This document shows positions 1 to 9,467 of a stretch of 40,033 nt of DNA, one piece after another; the stretch's first letter is position 1, and each line of letters opens with the position of its first letter. Below the pieces are notes generated by a model. That model made no database searches and was not told the origin of the DNA. It saw nothing but the letters and a program-made list of their open reading frames with translations. The DNA comes from a bacterium (lineage in GTDB: Bacteria > Sysuimicrobiota > Sysuimicrobiia > Sysuimicrobiales > Humicultoraceae), in contig JBGPNN010000002.1 of the NCBI GenBank assembly GCA_041487495.1, positions 1-40,033 on the forward strand, given 5' to 3'. Both the position numbers and the translations under genes were made by a program.

Positions 1-483
1 CAGATAGACGCCGAAGATCATGATGAGCACGATCCCCAGCCAAAAACTGGGCACCGACTGCCCTAGCAGCGCAAGCAGCATCGCTCCGGCGTCCACGATG
101 CTGCCGCGGCGGGTCGCCGAGACGACGCCCAGCGGCACGCCGATCCCCACCGAAAGCGCAAAGGCCACCGTGCCCAACTGCACGGTGGCCGGGACGCGCT
201 CCCAGATGACTTCAAACGCCGGCCGGCTATGCCGCAGTGACTCCCCAAAGTCGCCGCGCACCGCGCGCGAAAGGAACCCCAGGTACTGCACCGGCCAGGG
301 CCGGTCGAATCCCCGCGCGTGCCGGAACTCTTCGATCTGCTGTCGGCTCATCACATCGGCCGCTGAGCCCAGCAGCAGTTCGGTCGGATCGCCGGTGAGA
401 AACAGCAGCGCAAAGGACGCCACGCTCACCATCAGCACGACGACCAGCATCTGCGTCAGTCGCCGAGCCAGGTATGCGAGCAT
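1..483 (-). CDS. ABC transporter permease, DppB/OppB-like (first 161 codons; 3' end runs off the window)
   Basis: Absent from the ORF track because it is open to the window edge. The reverse complement of 481-483 is ATG. Hand translation gives MLAYLARRLTQMLVVVLMVSVASFALLFLTGDPTELLLGSAADVMSRQQIEEFRHARGFDRPWPVQYLGFLSRAVRGDFGE, a typical N-terminus of peptide/nickel-type importer permeases. It lies directly downstream of two family-5 binding-protein genes. Confidence 0.8.
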   Translation of the reverse strand, partial: MLAYLARRLTQMLVVVLMVSVASFALLFLTGDPTELLLGSAADVMSRQQIEEFRHARGFDRPWPVQYLGFLSRAVRGDFGESLRHSRPAFEVIWERVPATVQLGTVAFALSVGIGVPLGVVSATRRGSIVDAGAMLLALLGQSVPSFWLGIVLIMIFGVYL

Positions 484-508
484 GGCCTGCGAGAATCATA
501 GCCCCCGC

Positions 509-2080
509 TTACCGGAACCGGGCGTTGTGCAGCCGGATCCGCTCGTCAACCCGCGCCTTCCACTCCAGACGCTGGCTCACCCCGTAGATATCGGTCTGGA
601 ACCAGATGAAGATCACCGGCGCCTCGTCGTAGATGACCTCCTGCATCTTGAAGCAGATGTCGCGCCGCTTCTTGACATCGAAGGTCACCGACATGTCATC
701 CCACAGCGCCTCGAAGCGCGGCATGTCGGTCAGGCTCCGGTTCGAGCCCGAGTCCTTCTGCACCAGCGCCAGGTCGGCCTGACACTCAAAGCCCGGCCCG
801 GACCCGATCAGATACGTGTCGCGGAAGCCGGCGCCGCGACGGGCGGATTTGCCCACGAAGACCGACCAGTCGAACACCTGGAGGTCGAGCTTGACTCCGA
901 CCTTCGCCAGGTCGGAGGCGATAACCTGACAGATCTCAGCGTCCTTGATGTACCGGCCGCGGGGGCAGTCGAAGCCGAACTCGAGGGCGCGGCCGCCCTG
1001 TTCGCGGACCCCTGTGCGCGGGTTCATGCGCCAGCCGGCCTCGTCGAATAAGGCCGCGGCCTTCTGCGCGTCGTAAGGATAGGACTTCACGGCCGGGTTC
1101 TGGTCGGGCACGTTGGCGACCGTGCCTGTGCACTCACCCTTGTTCGCCAAGAGATTGCGCATCATCGTGCGACAATCGAACGCGTAGTTGAGCGCCTGGC
1201 GCACACGCTTGTCGCGCAGTGCCGGATGGCGATCCTGACGCAGCCCGATGATGATGCGGCGCAGCCCGGCGACGGTATCGACCCGCGCGTTGCGGTTGCG
1301 CTCGACCTGCGAGATCAGATCTGGTGGCACGTTCACGATGATATCGGCGTTGCCGGCCGTCAGTTCGGCGATCCGTGTCGCGTCCTCGGGGACGGGACGG
1401 AACAGGAGCCGGCGGATGCGCGGCCGATCGGGATGCTCCGACCAGGCCTCCAGCACGACGCGCTCGTTGGGCACGAACTCGACGACGCGGTACGGCCCGG
1501 ACCCGATCGGCCGGCGCTGCAGATCGCTGACCGACGTCTGGCTGGTGTACCGGGGTGGCATCGGCGCGGTTTGTGTGTGGGCCAGGTGGAGCGGAATCAG
1601 GGGATTAGGCTCCTTCGTCCTGATACGGAGGGTTACGTCATCGACAGCCTCGACGGTGTCAAGGTCGAGCAGGCTGTACTCATACTGGACGTCGGCAGTT
1701 TTCTTGTCGTAGAATTCCTTGCCGCGCAGCAGCGAGTAACGCACCGCAGCGGCATTGAGCGGCTCGCCGTTTTGAAAGCGACGGCCGGCAACCAGTTTGA
1801 ACTCCCAGGTGCGCGAATCGCGCAGCCGCCACGACTCGGCCAGCCCCGGCAGTAGTTGCAGATTGTCGCCAAACCGCGTCAAGGTCTCGAAAATGTGAAT
1901 GATGGCGTTCGTGTCGGGTAACGATGAGGAGAAGTACGGCTCGAGGGTCACGATGTCCGCCCCCTGGAGAATTACCGCGGTGTCCGGGGCCGGCGCGGCG
2001 CCACCCCCGCTCCAGGAGAAACCGATGACCAGCGCCAGACCAAGTACCAATACCCGCGCCACTCTTGCGAGACGAACCAT
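509..2080 (-). CDS. ABC transporter substrate-binding protein, family 5 (peptide/nickel/opine type)
   Basis: Track ORF 509..2170. It has a signal-peptide-like N-terminus (MVRLARVARVLVLGLALVIGF) and SBP_bac_5-like length and pattern. I moved the start to the ATG at 2080, which has GGGGGAG 6 nt upstream. The longer start would overlap the stop of the upstream gene at 2106. Confidence 0.85.
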   Translation of the reverse strand: MVRLARVARVLVLGLALVIGFSWSGGGAAPAPDTAVILQGADIVTLEPYFSSSLPDTNAIIHIFETLTRFGDNLQLLPGLAESWRLRDSRTWEFKLVAGRRFQNGEPLNAAAVRYSLLRGKEFYDKKTADVQYEYSLLDLDTVEAVDDVTLRIRTKEPNPLIPLHLAHTQTAPMPPRYTSQTSVSDLQRRPIGSGPYRVVEFVPNERVVLEAWSEHPDRPRIRRLLFRPVPEDATRIAELTAGNADIIVNVPPDLISQVERNRNARVDTVAGLRRIIIGLRQDRHPALRDKRVRQALNYAFDCRTMMRNLLANKGECTGTVANVPDQNPAVKSYPYDAQKAAALFDEAGWRMNPRTGVREQGGRALEFGFDCPRGRYIKDAEICQVIASDLAKVGVKLDLQVFDWSVFVGKSARRGAGFRDTYLIGSGPGFECQADLALVQKDSGSNRSLTDMPRFEALWDDMSVTFDVKKRRDICFKMQEVIYDEAPVIFIWFQTDIYGVSQRLEWKARVDERIRLHNARFR

Positions 2081-2105
2081 GTACATCTCCCCCATCCGAC
2101 GAGCG

Positions 2106-3734
2106 CTATTTGCGCTCCTTCCACGCGTACTTCGCGGGCCAGTTGTTGCCGGCGCCCTCGAGGTACACACCGAACACGTTGGACTTCACCGCAACCTGTT
2201 GGGTCACATCGAATAGCATGATGATCGGCGCATCGCGGAACACCTGCTTGACGATCTGCGTGTAGTAGATCTTGTTGCGGCCCGAACCGCTGGTCGCTTT
2301 GATCGACTGCTCGATTAACTCGTCCACCACGGGATTCGAGTAGTACGCGCGGTTGAAGTACCGGGGTGCGGCCGAGTTGCTGTGGTAGAACGTCAGCATC
2401 GTATACTCGGCGTCACCGGTAAACGTGCCGACCGCCAGCATCACGAGATCATACGTCGCCCGGTCCGGCGGCAGCGTTATCCGTGGAAGGAACGACGCCG
2501 AGTCGAGCACGCTGATCCGGGCGTCGATACCGACGGCCTTCAGCATCCCCTGCACCAGTTCGGAGATCTCAAAGTCGCCGGCCATCCCGCCTTTGCGGGT
2601 GACGATCTCGACCTGCCAGGGGCGGCCCTGGAACTGTCGCACGCCGCCCGGACCCATCGTCAGACCCGCCTCGTCCAGCAGCTTCTTGGCTTGGTCAGGA
2701 TTGTAGGGGTAGGTGCCGGCGGGGACGTAGCCTTCCACCGCGGGGTTGATGTAGATGGCGTTCGCCACCTTGGCGTTCCCGAGGAATACGGTCTTGATGA
2801 TGCCTTCCTTGTCGACAGCATGATTCAGCGCCTGGCGCACCCGCACGTCGTTTAGTGGAGGCTTGCGATTGTTGATCGTGATGTAGTACTGCTGCGATCC
2901 GAGCCCTTCGAGCAGCTTCAACCCCTGCTTCTTCTTGATACGCTCGGCATCAGGAATCGAGATCTGCAGCGCCATGTCGACGTCCCCGGCCTCAAGCATG
3001 GTGGCGCGGGCGATGATGTCGGGCGCGATCCGGAACACGACCTCATCCAGATACGGCAAGCCCTTCTGCCAGTAGTTGGGATTCTTCTTGAAACGGATGA
3101 TCTCGTTGGGTCGAAATTCGGCCAGTGTGAACGGTCCGGTGCCAGACGCCTGTATCTTAAGCCCGTCGTCTCCCACCCGCTCCTGAAAGGCCTTGCTGTA
3201 CATCGAAAACGTCTTGGTCGCGAGCACGGCGCGCATGTTTGGCATCGGCCGCGTCAGGCTGACCCGCACGGTCAGGTTGTCGACCACGTCGACACTCTTA
3301 AATGGCAGCAGGTCGAAGAGCGGCTGGCGCTTCGAAAACTTGCGGTCGAAGTTCCACTTGACCACATTCGCGTCGAAAACCGAGCCGTCGTGGAACTTGA
3401 CATTGGGCTGTAGCTTCCAGGTCACGGTGAGCCCATCGGGTGTGAATTGATCCTCCTTGACGAGGAGCCCGTTGACCTTGCCTTTCCCGTCGCGGTCGTA
3501 GAGCGTCTCGTAGACGTAGTGCGACAGTTCGTTGATCGTGCTGAGGTTTGCGGCGTTCACGTCCACGTGCGTCGCCAACGGCACAAATGAGATGCTGAGT
3601 GTCCCGCCCAGGGTGGGCTGCGGCGCTGCGGCCGGGGCCGGCTGCGCCGGTGTCCAATACGCACCGACGACAAGTATGAAGGCGAGCGCCACGATGGCGC
3701 CGACGCGCGTGAGCGATCGACTGCGGTTCGGCAT
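2106..3734 (-). CDS. ABC transporter substrate-binding protein, family 5 (second, divergent paralogue)
   Basis: Track ORF 2106..3761. It has the family-5 SBP pattern (…KFHDGS.FDA..V..…) and a hydrophobic signal segment. The ATG at 3734 is preceded by AGGAGGGAG with a 6-nt spacer. The track start at 3761 is a GTG with no SD. Confidence 0.85.
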   Translation of the reverse strand: MPNRSRSLTRVGAIVALAFILVVGAYWTPAQPAPAAAPQPTLGGTLSISFVPLATHVDVNAANLSTINELSHYVYETLYDRDGKGKVNGLLVKEDQFTPDGLTVTWKLQPNVKFHDGSVFDANVVKWNFDRKFSKRQPLFDLLPFKSVDVVDNLTVRVSLTRPMPNMRAVLATKTFSMYSKAFQERVGDDGLKIQASGTGPFTLAEFRPNEIIRFKKNPNYWQKGLPYLDEVVFRIAPDIIARATMLEAGDVDMALQISIPDAERIKKKQGLKLLEGLGSQQYYITINNRKPPLNDVRVRQALNHAVDKEGIIKTVFLGNAKVANAIYINPAVEGYVPAGTYPYNPDQAKKLLDEAGLTMGPGGVRQFQGRPWQVEIVTRKGGMAGDFEISELVQGMLKAVGIDARISVLDSASFLPRITLPPDRATYDLVMLAVGTFTGDAEYTMLTFYHSNSAAPRYFNRAYYSNPVVDELIEQSIKATSGSGRNKIYYTQIVKQVFRDAPIIMLFDVTQQVAVKSNVFGVYLEGAGNNWPAKYAWKERK

Positions 3735-3757
3735 AAAATGCTCCCTCCTGTTGGTGT

Positions 3758-4738
3758 TCACTCGGCCAATTCGATTGTCCGACCCGTTGCGGACGCCTCG
3801 TACAGTCCGAGCACGGCGGCCAGGGCTCGCTTACCGTCTTCGCCGTTCGGGCTCGGCTCACGTTCGTCCTGAATCGCTCCGGCAAACTCATGCAGCGCAC
3901 CGACGAAGCGATCGTCCTCGCGCACTTCGAGACGCGTCCGCTCCTTGTCCGATCCGACCTCGATCACGCCACCCGAGACCGTGAGCGCGCCCTTTGTGCC
4001 CCACACCGCCGTGTCCCACCCGCCCAAGGTGACCGGCGCCTTGGATTTGTGTTGAATCACCGCCCCCAGTGTGCCCGATCTGAAGACGACCGCACCGACC
4101 AGATTATCTTCCACTTCGACGGGATAGCTGAAGGTGCCTGCGACCCCGCAGACCCTGTTGATCGGGCTTGCGACCAGCCATGCGAGACGATCGAGGCTGT
4201 GCACCCCATTGTACATCATCATCCCGCCGCCCGAGATCGATCGGTCCCAGACCCACGCGGGCATCTCGCTGCGGCCGCTGCTCATGCTGTCCATCACCAG
4301 CACCGGGCGGCCGATGACCCCCGCCTCGATCAACGCCTTCGCCTGACGGTACTCCGCGCGAAAGCGGTGCACGAAGTTCACCATCAGGCGAACGCCGGCC
4401 GCCCGCGCCGCGGCGATTACCGCCTCGGTCTCGGGAATGCTCGTTCCCATCGGCTTCTCGATCAGCACGTGGAGGCCGCGACGCGCGCAGGTCACGCCGG
4501 CCGCGCTCAGCAAGACGTGTGGCAGGGAGATGATGACGGCGTCCAGCGCCACCGCCTCCAGCATCCACTCGTAGGTGTTGTAGCACGGAATCCTCAAGCT
4601 CGATGCGGCGGCGGCGGCGGCCGGGGAGGGGTCGGCTGCCGCCACCAGGACGACGTCGTCGGTCTTGCGGCAGGCGGCCGCGTGACGCAGCCCGGCGGTG
4701 CCGAGGCCAACGAGTCCGATGCGCGGGGGCTGGCTCAT
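3758..4738 (-). CDS. Gfo/Idh/MocA family NAD(P)-dependent oxidoreductase
   Basis: Rossmann N-terminus RIGLVGLGTAG and the family EKP motif (VLIEKPM). Start set to the ATG at 4738 (MSQPPRIGLVG). The longer track start overlaps the upstream stop at 4749. Confidence 0.85.
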   Translation of the reverse strand: MSQPPRIGLVGLGTAGLRHAAACRKTDDVVLVAAADPSPAAAAAASSLRIPCYNTYEWMLEAVALDAVIISLPHVLLSAAGVTCARRGLHVLIEKPMGTSIPETEAVIAAARAAGVRLMVNFVHRFRAEYRQAKALIEAGVIGRPVLVMDSMSSGRSEMPAWVWDRSISGGGMMMYNGVHSLDRLAWLVASPINRVCGVAGTFSYPVEVEDNLVGAVVFRSGTLGAVIQHKSKAPVTLGGWDTAVWGTKGALTVSGGVIEVGSDKERTRLEVREDDRFVGALHEFAGAIQDEREPSPNGEDGKRALAAVLGLYEASATGRTIELAE

Positions 4739-4748
4739 GGCGGGGAGA

Positions 4749-6242
4749 TCAGCTGTCACCAGACGTGAGTAGCGGTGGCATGAAATCCAGCCCCAGCATC
4801 GCATCGGGGCGCTCGCCCACCGGATCACGCTCCCGCGCCGCTCGCACCAGGCTGCGGTACACCTGTTGCGCGCCGGCCTTCAGCTTACCCTCGTCCGCAA
4901 ATAGCACCCGGCCGTTTTCCACCACCTTCCGCCCTGCGACCCAGATCGTGTGGACGTCCTGGCCCGTGGCGCAGGTGACGAGCGCGCGGATCGGATCGAG
5001 CACCGGGCCGATGTGATAGCGTCCGAGGTCGATCAGCACAATGTCGGCTGTCGCGCCGGGCGCGAGCCGGCCCAGGTCATCCCGGTTCAGGGCCCGAGCG
5101 CCGCCGAGCGTCCCGGCATCGAACACGTCCCGGCAGGTCGGCGTATTCGCCGAGCGATCGACGGCCTTGCCCATGAACCACGCCAGGCGCATCTCCCCGA
5201 TGATGTCCGCGGGCCAGACATCGCACCCGATGGCGACGTTGATCCCCTCGGCGCGGTAGCGGCCGAACGACTGCAGCGTCTCGCCGCGCCGCGCGAACGG
5301 CAGCGGCGAGTGCGCTACGGACGCACCGGCGCGGGCGATGAGTCGCAGGTCCGTCGCCGGGTCTCCACCCACGGCCACGTGGCCCTGCACGTAGATCGTG
5401 TGACCCAGGATGACATCGGGCCCGAGGAAACCCAAAGTGGCCAGATGCTCAACAGGCGTGCAGTGGTAGGTGTTCTTGATGCGCGTAACCTCGAATTCGT
5501 ACTGGGCACAGTGGATCTGCACGATCAGCCCGTGCTCCGTTGCGGCCTGTCGCGTCGCCCGCAGGAGATCCGGGCTGCAGTTGTCCACAGCGTGCGGGCA
5601 CAGCAGCGTCTCGACCAGGCCCCCGCGTGTCCCGCGGTGGCGCAGGCAGAACTCGACCGCGCGACGCAACCCCTCCTGACCAGAGGCCTCGTCCCAGAAC
5701 CACCCGGCACGGCCGTCCCGATCGTAGTAGACGCGGCCGGAGCGATACGACAGCGACGCGTAGACGCGGGCGCCAACACGGGCGGCCGTCTCGAGCAGCA
5801 TCTCTTCGTCGCCGGGAGGATTTCCCAACCACCACAGCGTGCCCGAGCCCGCCGCGTCCACGATGGTCGTGGACCCACACTTCAACATCTGTACGAGCGC
5901 GAACTCCGCGGACAGTTGCTGTTCTTCGACCGTCAACGACTGGGGGAGATCCGACCGGGCCGCATATGCTTCAGACAACCCGTACCGGACGGGCCGGTCG
6001 CCCACCATCGGCATGTCGACGAACGCTGCCATCAACTCGACGCCGATATGGCCGTGCGTGTTGATGAATCCAGGCGACACCAGCATACCCGGCACCTCAA
6101 CCACCTGGCCCGGCACGCCGCCCCATCGGGGGCCCGCGTACAGGATGCGGGACCCCTCAAACACTACCTCACCATTGGGGATCACGTGGTGGCTGCGGCC
6201 GTCGTAGGCCACCACCCATCCGCCGCGGATCAGCGTGATCAC
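4749..6242 (-). CDS. Amidohydrolase-superfamily protein (chlorohydrolase/aminohydrolase-deaminase-like)
   Basis: Metal-binding HxH near the N-terminus (FINTHGHIG), a later HCAQ and IGCDV Asp, and about 500 aa. GTG start with a GTGA overlap on the upstream stop (6239-6242). Confidence 0.8.
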   Translation of the reverse strand: MITLIRGGWVVAYDGRSHHVIPNGEVVFEGSRILYAGPRWGGVPGQVVEVPGMLVSPGFINTHGHIGVELMAAFVDMPMVGDRPVRYGLSEAYAARSDLPQSLTVEEQQLSAEFALVQMLKCGSTTIVDAAGSGTLWWLGNPPGDEEMLLETAARVGARVYASLSYRSGRVYYDRDGRAGWFWDEASGQEGLRRAVEFCLRHRGTRGGLVETLLCPHAVDNCSPDLLRATRQAATEHGLIVQIHCAQYEFEVTRIKNTYHCTPVEHLATLGFLGPDVILGHTIYVQGHVAVGGDPATDLRLIARAGASVAHSPLPFARRGETLQSFGRYRAEGINVAIGCDVWPADIIGEMRLAWFMGKAVDRSANTPTCRDVFDAGTLGGARALNRDDLGRLAPGATADIVLIDLGRYHIGPVLDPIRALVTCATGQDVHTIWVAGRKVVENGRVLFADEGKLKAGAQQVYRSLVRAARERDPVGERPDAMLGLDFMPPLLTSGDS

Positions 6243-7525
6243 GGCGCCGGTGAGACGCCAACGACCTGGCGGCCGTCGACGAAGACGGCTCTGACCGCCG
6301 CCAGTTCGGGAGCAAAAACAGCAATATCGGCCGGCCGACCCGCTTCCAGGAGCCCCGCGTCGGTGAACACCGGCAGCCGCCGGGCGACGTTCCCTGTTGA
6401 GAGTGCCACGGCCTCCGGTACGGTCAGCAGGCCGCGCTTCACAGTTGCCGCCAGCGGCACGGAGACCGGATCGTAATGACCCGAGGCGTAGTCGGTGCCG
6501 ACGAAGTCCACCAGGCGCTCCCGCACCAGGGCCAGGAAGTTGTCGGCGTCGGACTGGCCCTTCGTCCGTGTAAACAGGTCGAGCCCGGAGATCTCCAACA
6601 GCGCCCCTCGCCGGCGGAGCTCGCGCGCATAGTGGATCGATTCCTCAACAGTGAAACTCGGATGGTTGACGTGACCGGCAATCATGCGGTCGGTGGCGAT
6701 GCCCAGCACGACATCGGCCGACGACGCAGCGTGGTGGACGAGAAATGGGCGACCGAGACGCGCCGACGCGGCCGCCGCCTCCCTGAGCCCCTCATACGCG
6801 TGCGCCATCGACGGCATCACACACCGCTGGACGGTCTCGATCGCCGCGTCCTCAGAGAGCCGGCCCGCCAGCCCGGCGGCGTCCAACGCCGTTCTGAGCG
6901 CCCCGCGGTCGAGGCTGGCCGGATCGATACGCCGCCCCAGGATGGCTTCCTTGAGCGCCCGCGCCTGGAACGGATCGATCTGGACGCCGCACCGCTCTTT
7001 GACGGCGTTGGGGATATAGACGTTGTCCTGCTGGCCACCCCCCAGCGTCCCGCCCGCCCCGATCTCACCAATGCAGACCGCACCCTGCGCGAGGAGCGCG
7101 TCCACCGTGGCCTTCCGATGCGTGTCGGCCAGGCCGGCGCCGTCGGCCATCTCGGCTGCCCGGACATTGGCCGGCGTATGCGCGGTGCACTTCTGGACCT
7201 TCAGTGGGTGGCGATCCCGCAACGCCAGATACTCAGACCACAGCGGGAACCCGTCGACGGAAAGCACACTCGTCGTCCCGCCGCGCAGGTGCCGGTCCTT
7301 GTAGGCAAAGACTTCCTCTTCCGTCGGCGACCGCGAGCCTGTGGCGTGCGCGGGACCCAACGTCACGCAGTGGACATGCAGGTTGACCAATCCCGGCGCG
7401 AGGATTCCATCGCCGAATTCGCGGATGTCTCGCCCGGGCCTGCGTCCGGGGCCGACCGCGGCGATCCGGCCGTCTTCGATCACCACGTAGCCCGGTTCAT
7501 AGACCGTGGCACCGTCGCCGGTCAC
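6239..7525 (-). CDS. Amidohydrolase-superfamily protein (second, unrelated paralogue)
   Basis: N-terminal beta-sandwich-like segment (VVIEDGRIAAVGP), then GLVNLHVHC (HxH). 428 aa. GTG start with GGGGA 5 nt upstream. Confidence 0.7.
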   Translation of the reverse strand: MTGDGATVYEPGYVVIEDGRIAAVGPGRRPGRDIREFGDGILAPGLVNLHVHCVTLGPAHATGSRSPTEEEVFAYKDRHLRGGTTSVLSVDGFPLWSEYLALRDRHPLKVQKCTAHTPANVRAAEMADGAGLADTHRKATVDALLAQGAVCIGEIGAGGTLGGGQQDNVYIPNAVKERCGVQIDPFQARALKEAILGRRIDPASLDRGALRTALDAAGLAGRLSEDAAIETVQRCVMPSMAHAYEGLREAAAASARLGRPFLVHHAASSADVVLGIATDRMIAGHVNHPSFTVEESIHYARELRRRGALLEISGLDLFTRTKGQSDADNFLALVRERLVDFVGTDYASGHYDPVSVPLAATVKRGLLTVPEAVALSTGNVARRLPVFTDAGLLEAGRPADIAVFAPELAAVRAVFVDGRQVVGVSPAP

Positions 7526-7548
7526 GACGGTCCCCAGCAGCGTCGTGC

Positions 7549-8259
7549 TTATCGCCCTACCGCCTGGCGGGCCTTAGGATTCGCCGCTTCGAGCGCCGTC
7601 AGGATCTCATCGGTCGTCTTGACCTTCGCAAATACCTCGTTCATCACGCGCAGCGCGAACTCGTGCATCTCGTGTGTCCACGTCCCGCAGGCATCGTCGA
7701 CGACGAGCACCCGATAGCCCAGGTCTTTCGCATCACGGACGGCGGACTCGACGCAGCCGCCTGTCATGACCCCCACCATGATCAGGTTCCGAACGCCCAG
7801 GTTCTGCAGCACGTAGTGAATGTTCGTCGAGTTGAACACGCTCCCGGTGGTCTTGTCGAACACCAGCTCATCATCGATCGGCGCGAGTTCCTCGAGAATT
7901 TCGGCTCCCTTCGAGCCCGGCGGATGGAGATGCCCCAGTTCCTTGTGCGCCAGGCTGCGGTCGCGGCCGTCTTTCGTCATCGACCGGATCCGGGTGAAGA
8001 CCACCTCGACGCCGCGCTGGCGGCAGCTATTCTGGAGCCGCTGGATGTTGGGTACGATCAGTCCCAGCCGCCGCTCGACGTAGTCCAGCCCGTTGATGAA
8101 CCCGTGCGCCCGCCGCCATCCGAAGATGCCGTGGTCCATGTGCGCGTCAGCGTACTGCATGTCGATGACCAGCAGCGCCGTGTCTCCGGCGCGCAGCACG
8201 GGGTCGGCCAGGCGAGGACGCCAGCCAATGTAGGGATCGTCGCGCGAGATCGTGCTCAC
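7549..8259 (-). CDS. Isochorismatase-family cysteine hydrolase
   Basis: D-K-C triad context: ALLVIDMQ near the N-terminus and GVMTGGCVESAVRDA near the C-terminus. The real start is the GTG at 8259, preceded by AGGAGG plus an 8-nt spacer. The 391-aa track ORF is a false extension into the neighbouring permease gene. Confidence 0.85.
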   Translation of the reverse strand: MSTISRDDPYIGWRPRLADPVLRAGDTALLVIDMQYADAHMDHGIFGWRRAHGFINGLDYVERRLGLIVPNIQRLQNSCRQRGVEVVFTRIRSMTKDGRDRSLAHKELGHLHPPGSKGAEILEELAPIDDELVFDKTTGSVFNSTNIHYVLQNLGVRNLIMVGVMTGGCVESAVRDAKDLGYRVLVVDDACGTWTHEMHEFALRVMNEVFAKVKTTDEILTALEAANPKARQAVGR

Positions 8260-8339
8260 CGTGTATTCCTCCTGTCGAGTGTGTGATCCGGGGACACTAC
8301 TCCGGTTCGCGCGAGAGCTACTGGTTCCTGCCGGGAGTT

Positions 8340-9467
8340 CTAATCGATCTTCTTTTGGAACCGCCGGATGGCCAGACCAAAGACCAGCAGCGCCAGGACG
8401 ACCAGCGGCACGATCTGGCGCCAGAGAAACTCGAAGCCAACGCCCTTGATCAGGATGCCCCGCACGACGATGATGTAGTACGTCAGCGGCAGCGCCTGTC
8501 CGACCCACTGCAACGCGACCGGCAGCGATTCCCGCGGGAACAGGAATCCCGAGATCAAGATGCTCGGCAACAGCGTGAGCTGCGAGAGTTGCAGGGCCTG
8601 CTGCAGGTTCCTCGAGACCGTGGAGATGAGGGTCCCGATGCCCAACGACGAGAAAAAGAAGGCGAGGGTCATCGCGTACAGCAGCAGCAGGCTCCCCTGC
8701 ACCGCCACCCCAAACCAGACCCACGCCAGCAACAGGATAAACGTCATGTTGATGTAGCCCAACCCCATGAGGGGGATGATCTTGCCCAGCATGAGCTCGA
8801 TCGGCTGGATGGGCGTGACGACGAGCTGCTCCAGCGTCCCCATCTCGCGTTCGCGTACGATCACGGTGACGCTGAGGAACGTCGTCGTGAACTGGAGGAT
8901 GACCGCCAGCACGCCCGGGACGATGAACACCCGGGATTTCAGATCAGGGTTGTACCAGGCGCGGGTCCGGACCTCTACGGGCGTGTCGGGAGGCCGCTGC
9001 CCGCGCCGGCGGATCATCTCGAAGTTGAGGTCCGTCGAAAGGCGTATCCCGATGCCCGCTGCGACGGAGAGCACGACCTGCGCGCTCGTCGCGTCTGAGG
9101 CATCCACCACAACCATCACCGAGGTCGGACGCCCCGAGCGCACGCGCGTCGCATAATCGGGCGGGATCACCAGCCCGATCTTGGCCTGGCCCCCATTCAG
9201 CCGCTGCTCGATATCGGTCATGTTGCGGGCCGCCAGCCGGATCGAGAAGTAGCGTGTGTTCTCGAAGGTCCGGATCAGCTCGCGACTCTCCGTGGTGTGG
9301 GACTGATCCCACACGATCGTCGGCTGGTGCAGCACCTCGTTGGACAGGTAGCCATACAGTACGAGCTGGATGATTGGGAGGCTGATAATCGTCCCGAGGG
9401 TGCGACGGTCGCGCAAGATCTGAGTGATCTCCTTGCGCATGATGCTCCACAGCCGCTGCCAGCTCAT
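8340..9467 (-). CDS. ABC-2 type exporter permease (YbhS/YbhR-like)
   Basis: 375 aa with an N-terminal TM segment, a large extracytoplasmic loop, then 5 TM segments. Its start overlaps the upstream NBD stop by 4 nt. Confidence 0.85.
   Translation of the reverse strand: MSWQRLWSIMRKEITQILRDRRTLGTIISLPIIQLVLYGYLSNEVLHQPTIVWDQSHTTESRELIRTFENTRYFSIRLAARNMTDIEQRLNGGQAKIGLVIPPDYATRVRSGRPTSVMVVVDASDATSAQVVLSVAAGIGIRLSTDLNFEMIRRRGQRPPDTPVEVRTRAWYNPDLKSRVFIVPGVLAVILQFTTTFLSVTVIVREREMGTLEQLVVTPIQPIELMLGKIIPLMGLGYINMTFILLLAWVWFGVAVQGSLLLLYAMTLAFFFSSLGIGTLISTVSRNLQQALQLSQLTLLPSILISGFLFPRESLPVALQWVGQALPLTYYIIVVRGILIKGVGFEFLWRQIVPLVVLALLVFGLAIRRFQKKID

Noticed and set aside
20-1051. 343-aa plus-strand ORF at the left edge
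   Set aside because: It is antisense to the permease fragment and the family-5 SBP gene, both of which have clear family signatures. The translation is Ser/Arg/Pro/Ala-rich with no recognisable motif, the typical shadow ORF of GC-rich DNA.
4950-6476. 508-aa plus-strand ORF; similar long plus-strand ORFs at 6476..7717, 9617..10762, 19577..21172, 21445..22761, 21848..22915 and 28120..29250
   Set aside because: Each lies antisense to a minus-strand gene with strong motif support (amidohydrolases, NBDs, aminotransferase/rsmA, yabE-like, biotin carboxylase). All are Arg/Pro/Gly/Asp-rich low-information translations. I treat them as GC-driven shadow ORFs.
7549-8724. N-terminally extended track ORFs: 7549..8724, 12762..14258, 15497..16513, 17141..18271, 27677..28582, 36081..37703
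   Set aside because: In each case the extension overlaps the 3' end of the upstream gene. The extensions are Arg/Pro/Gly-rich, and an internal ATG/GTG/TTG with an SD or a stop-start overlap yields a protein of the normal family length. I trimmed these in the feature list.
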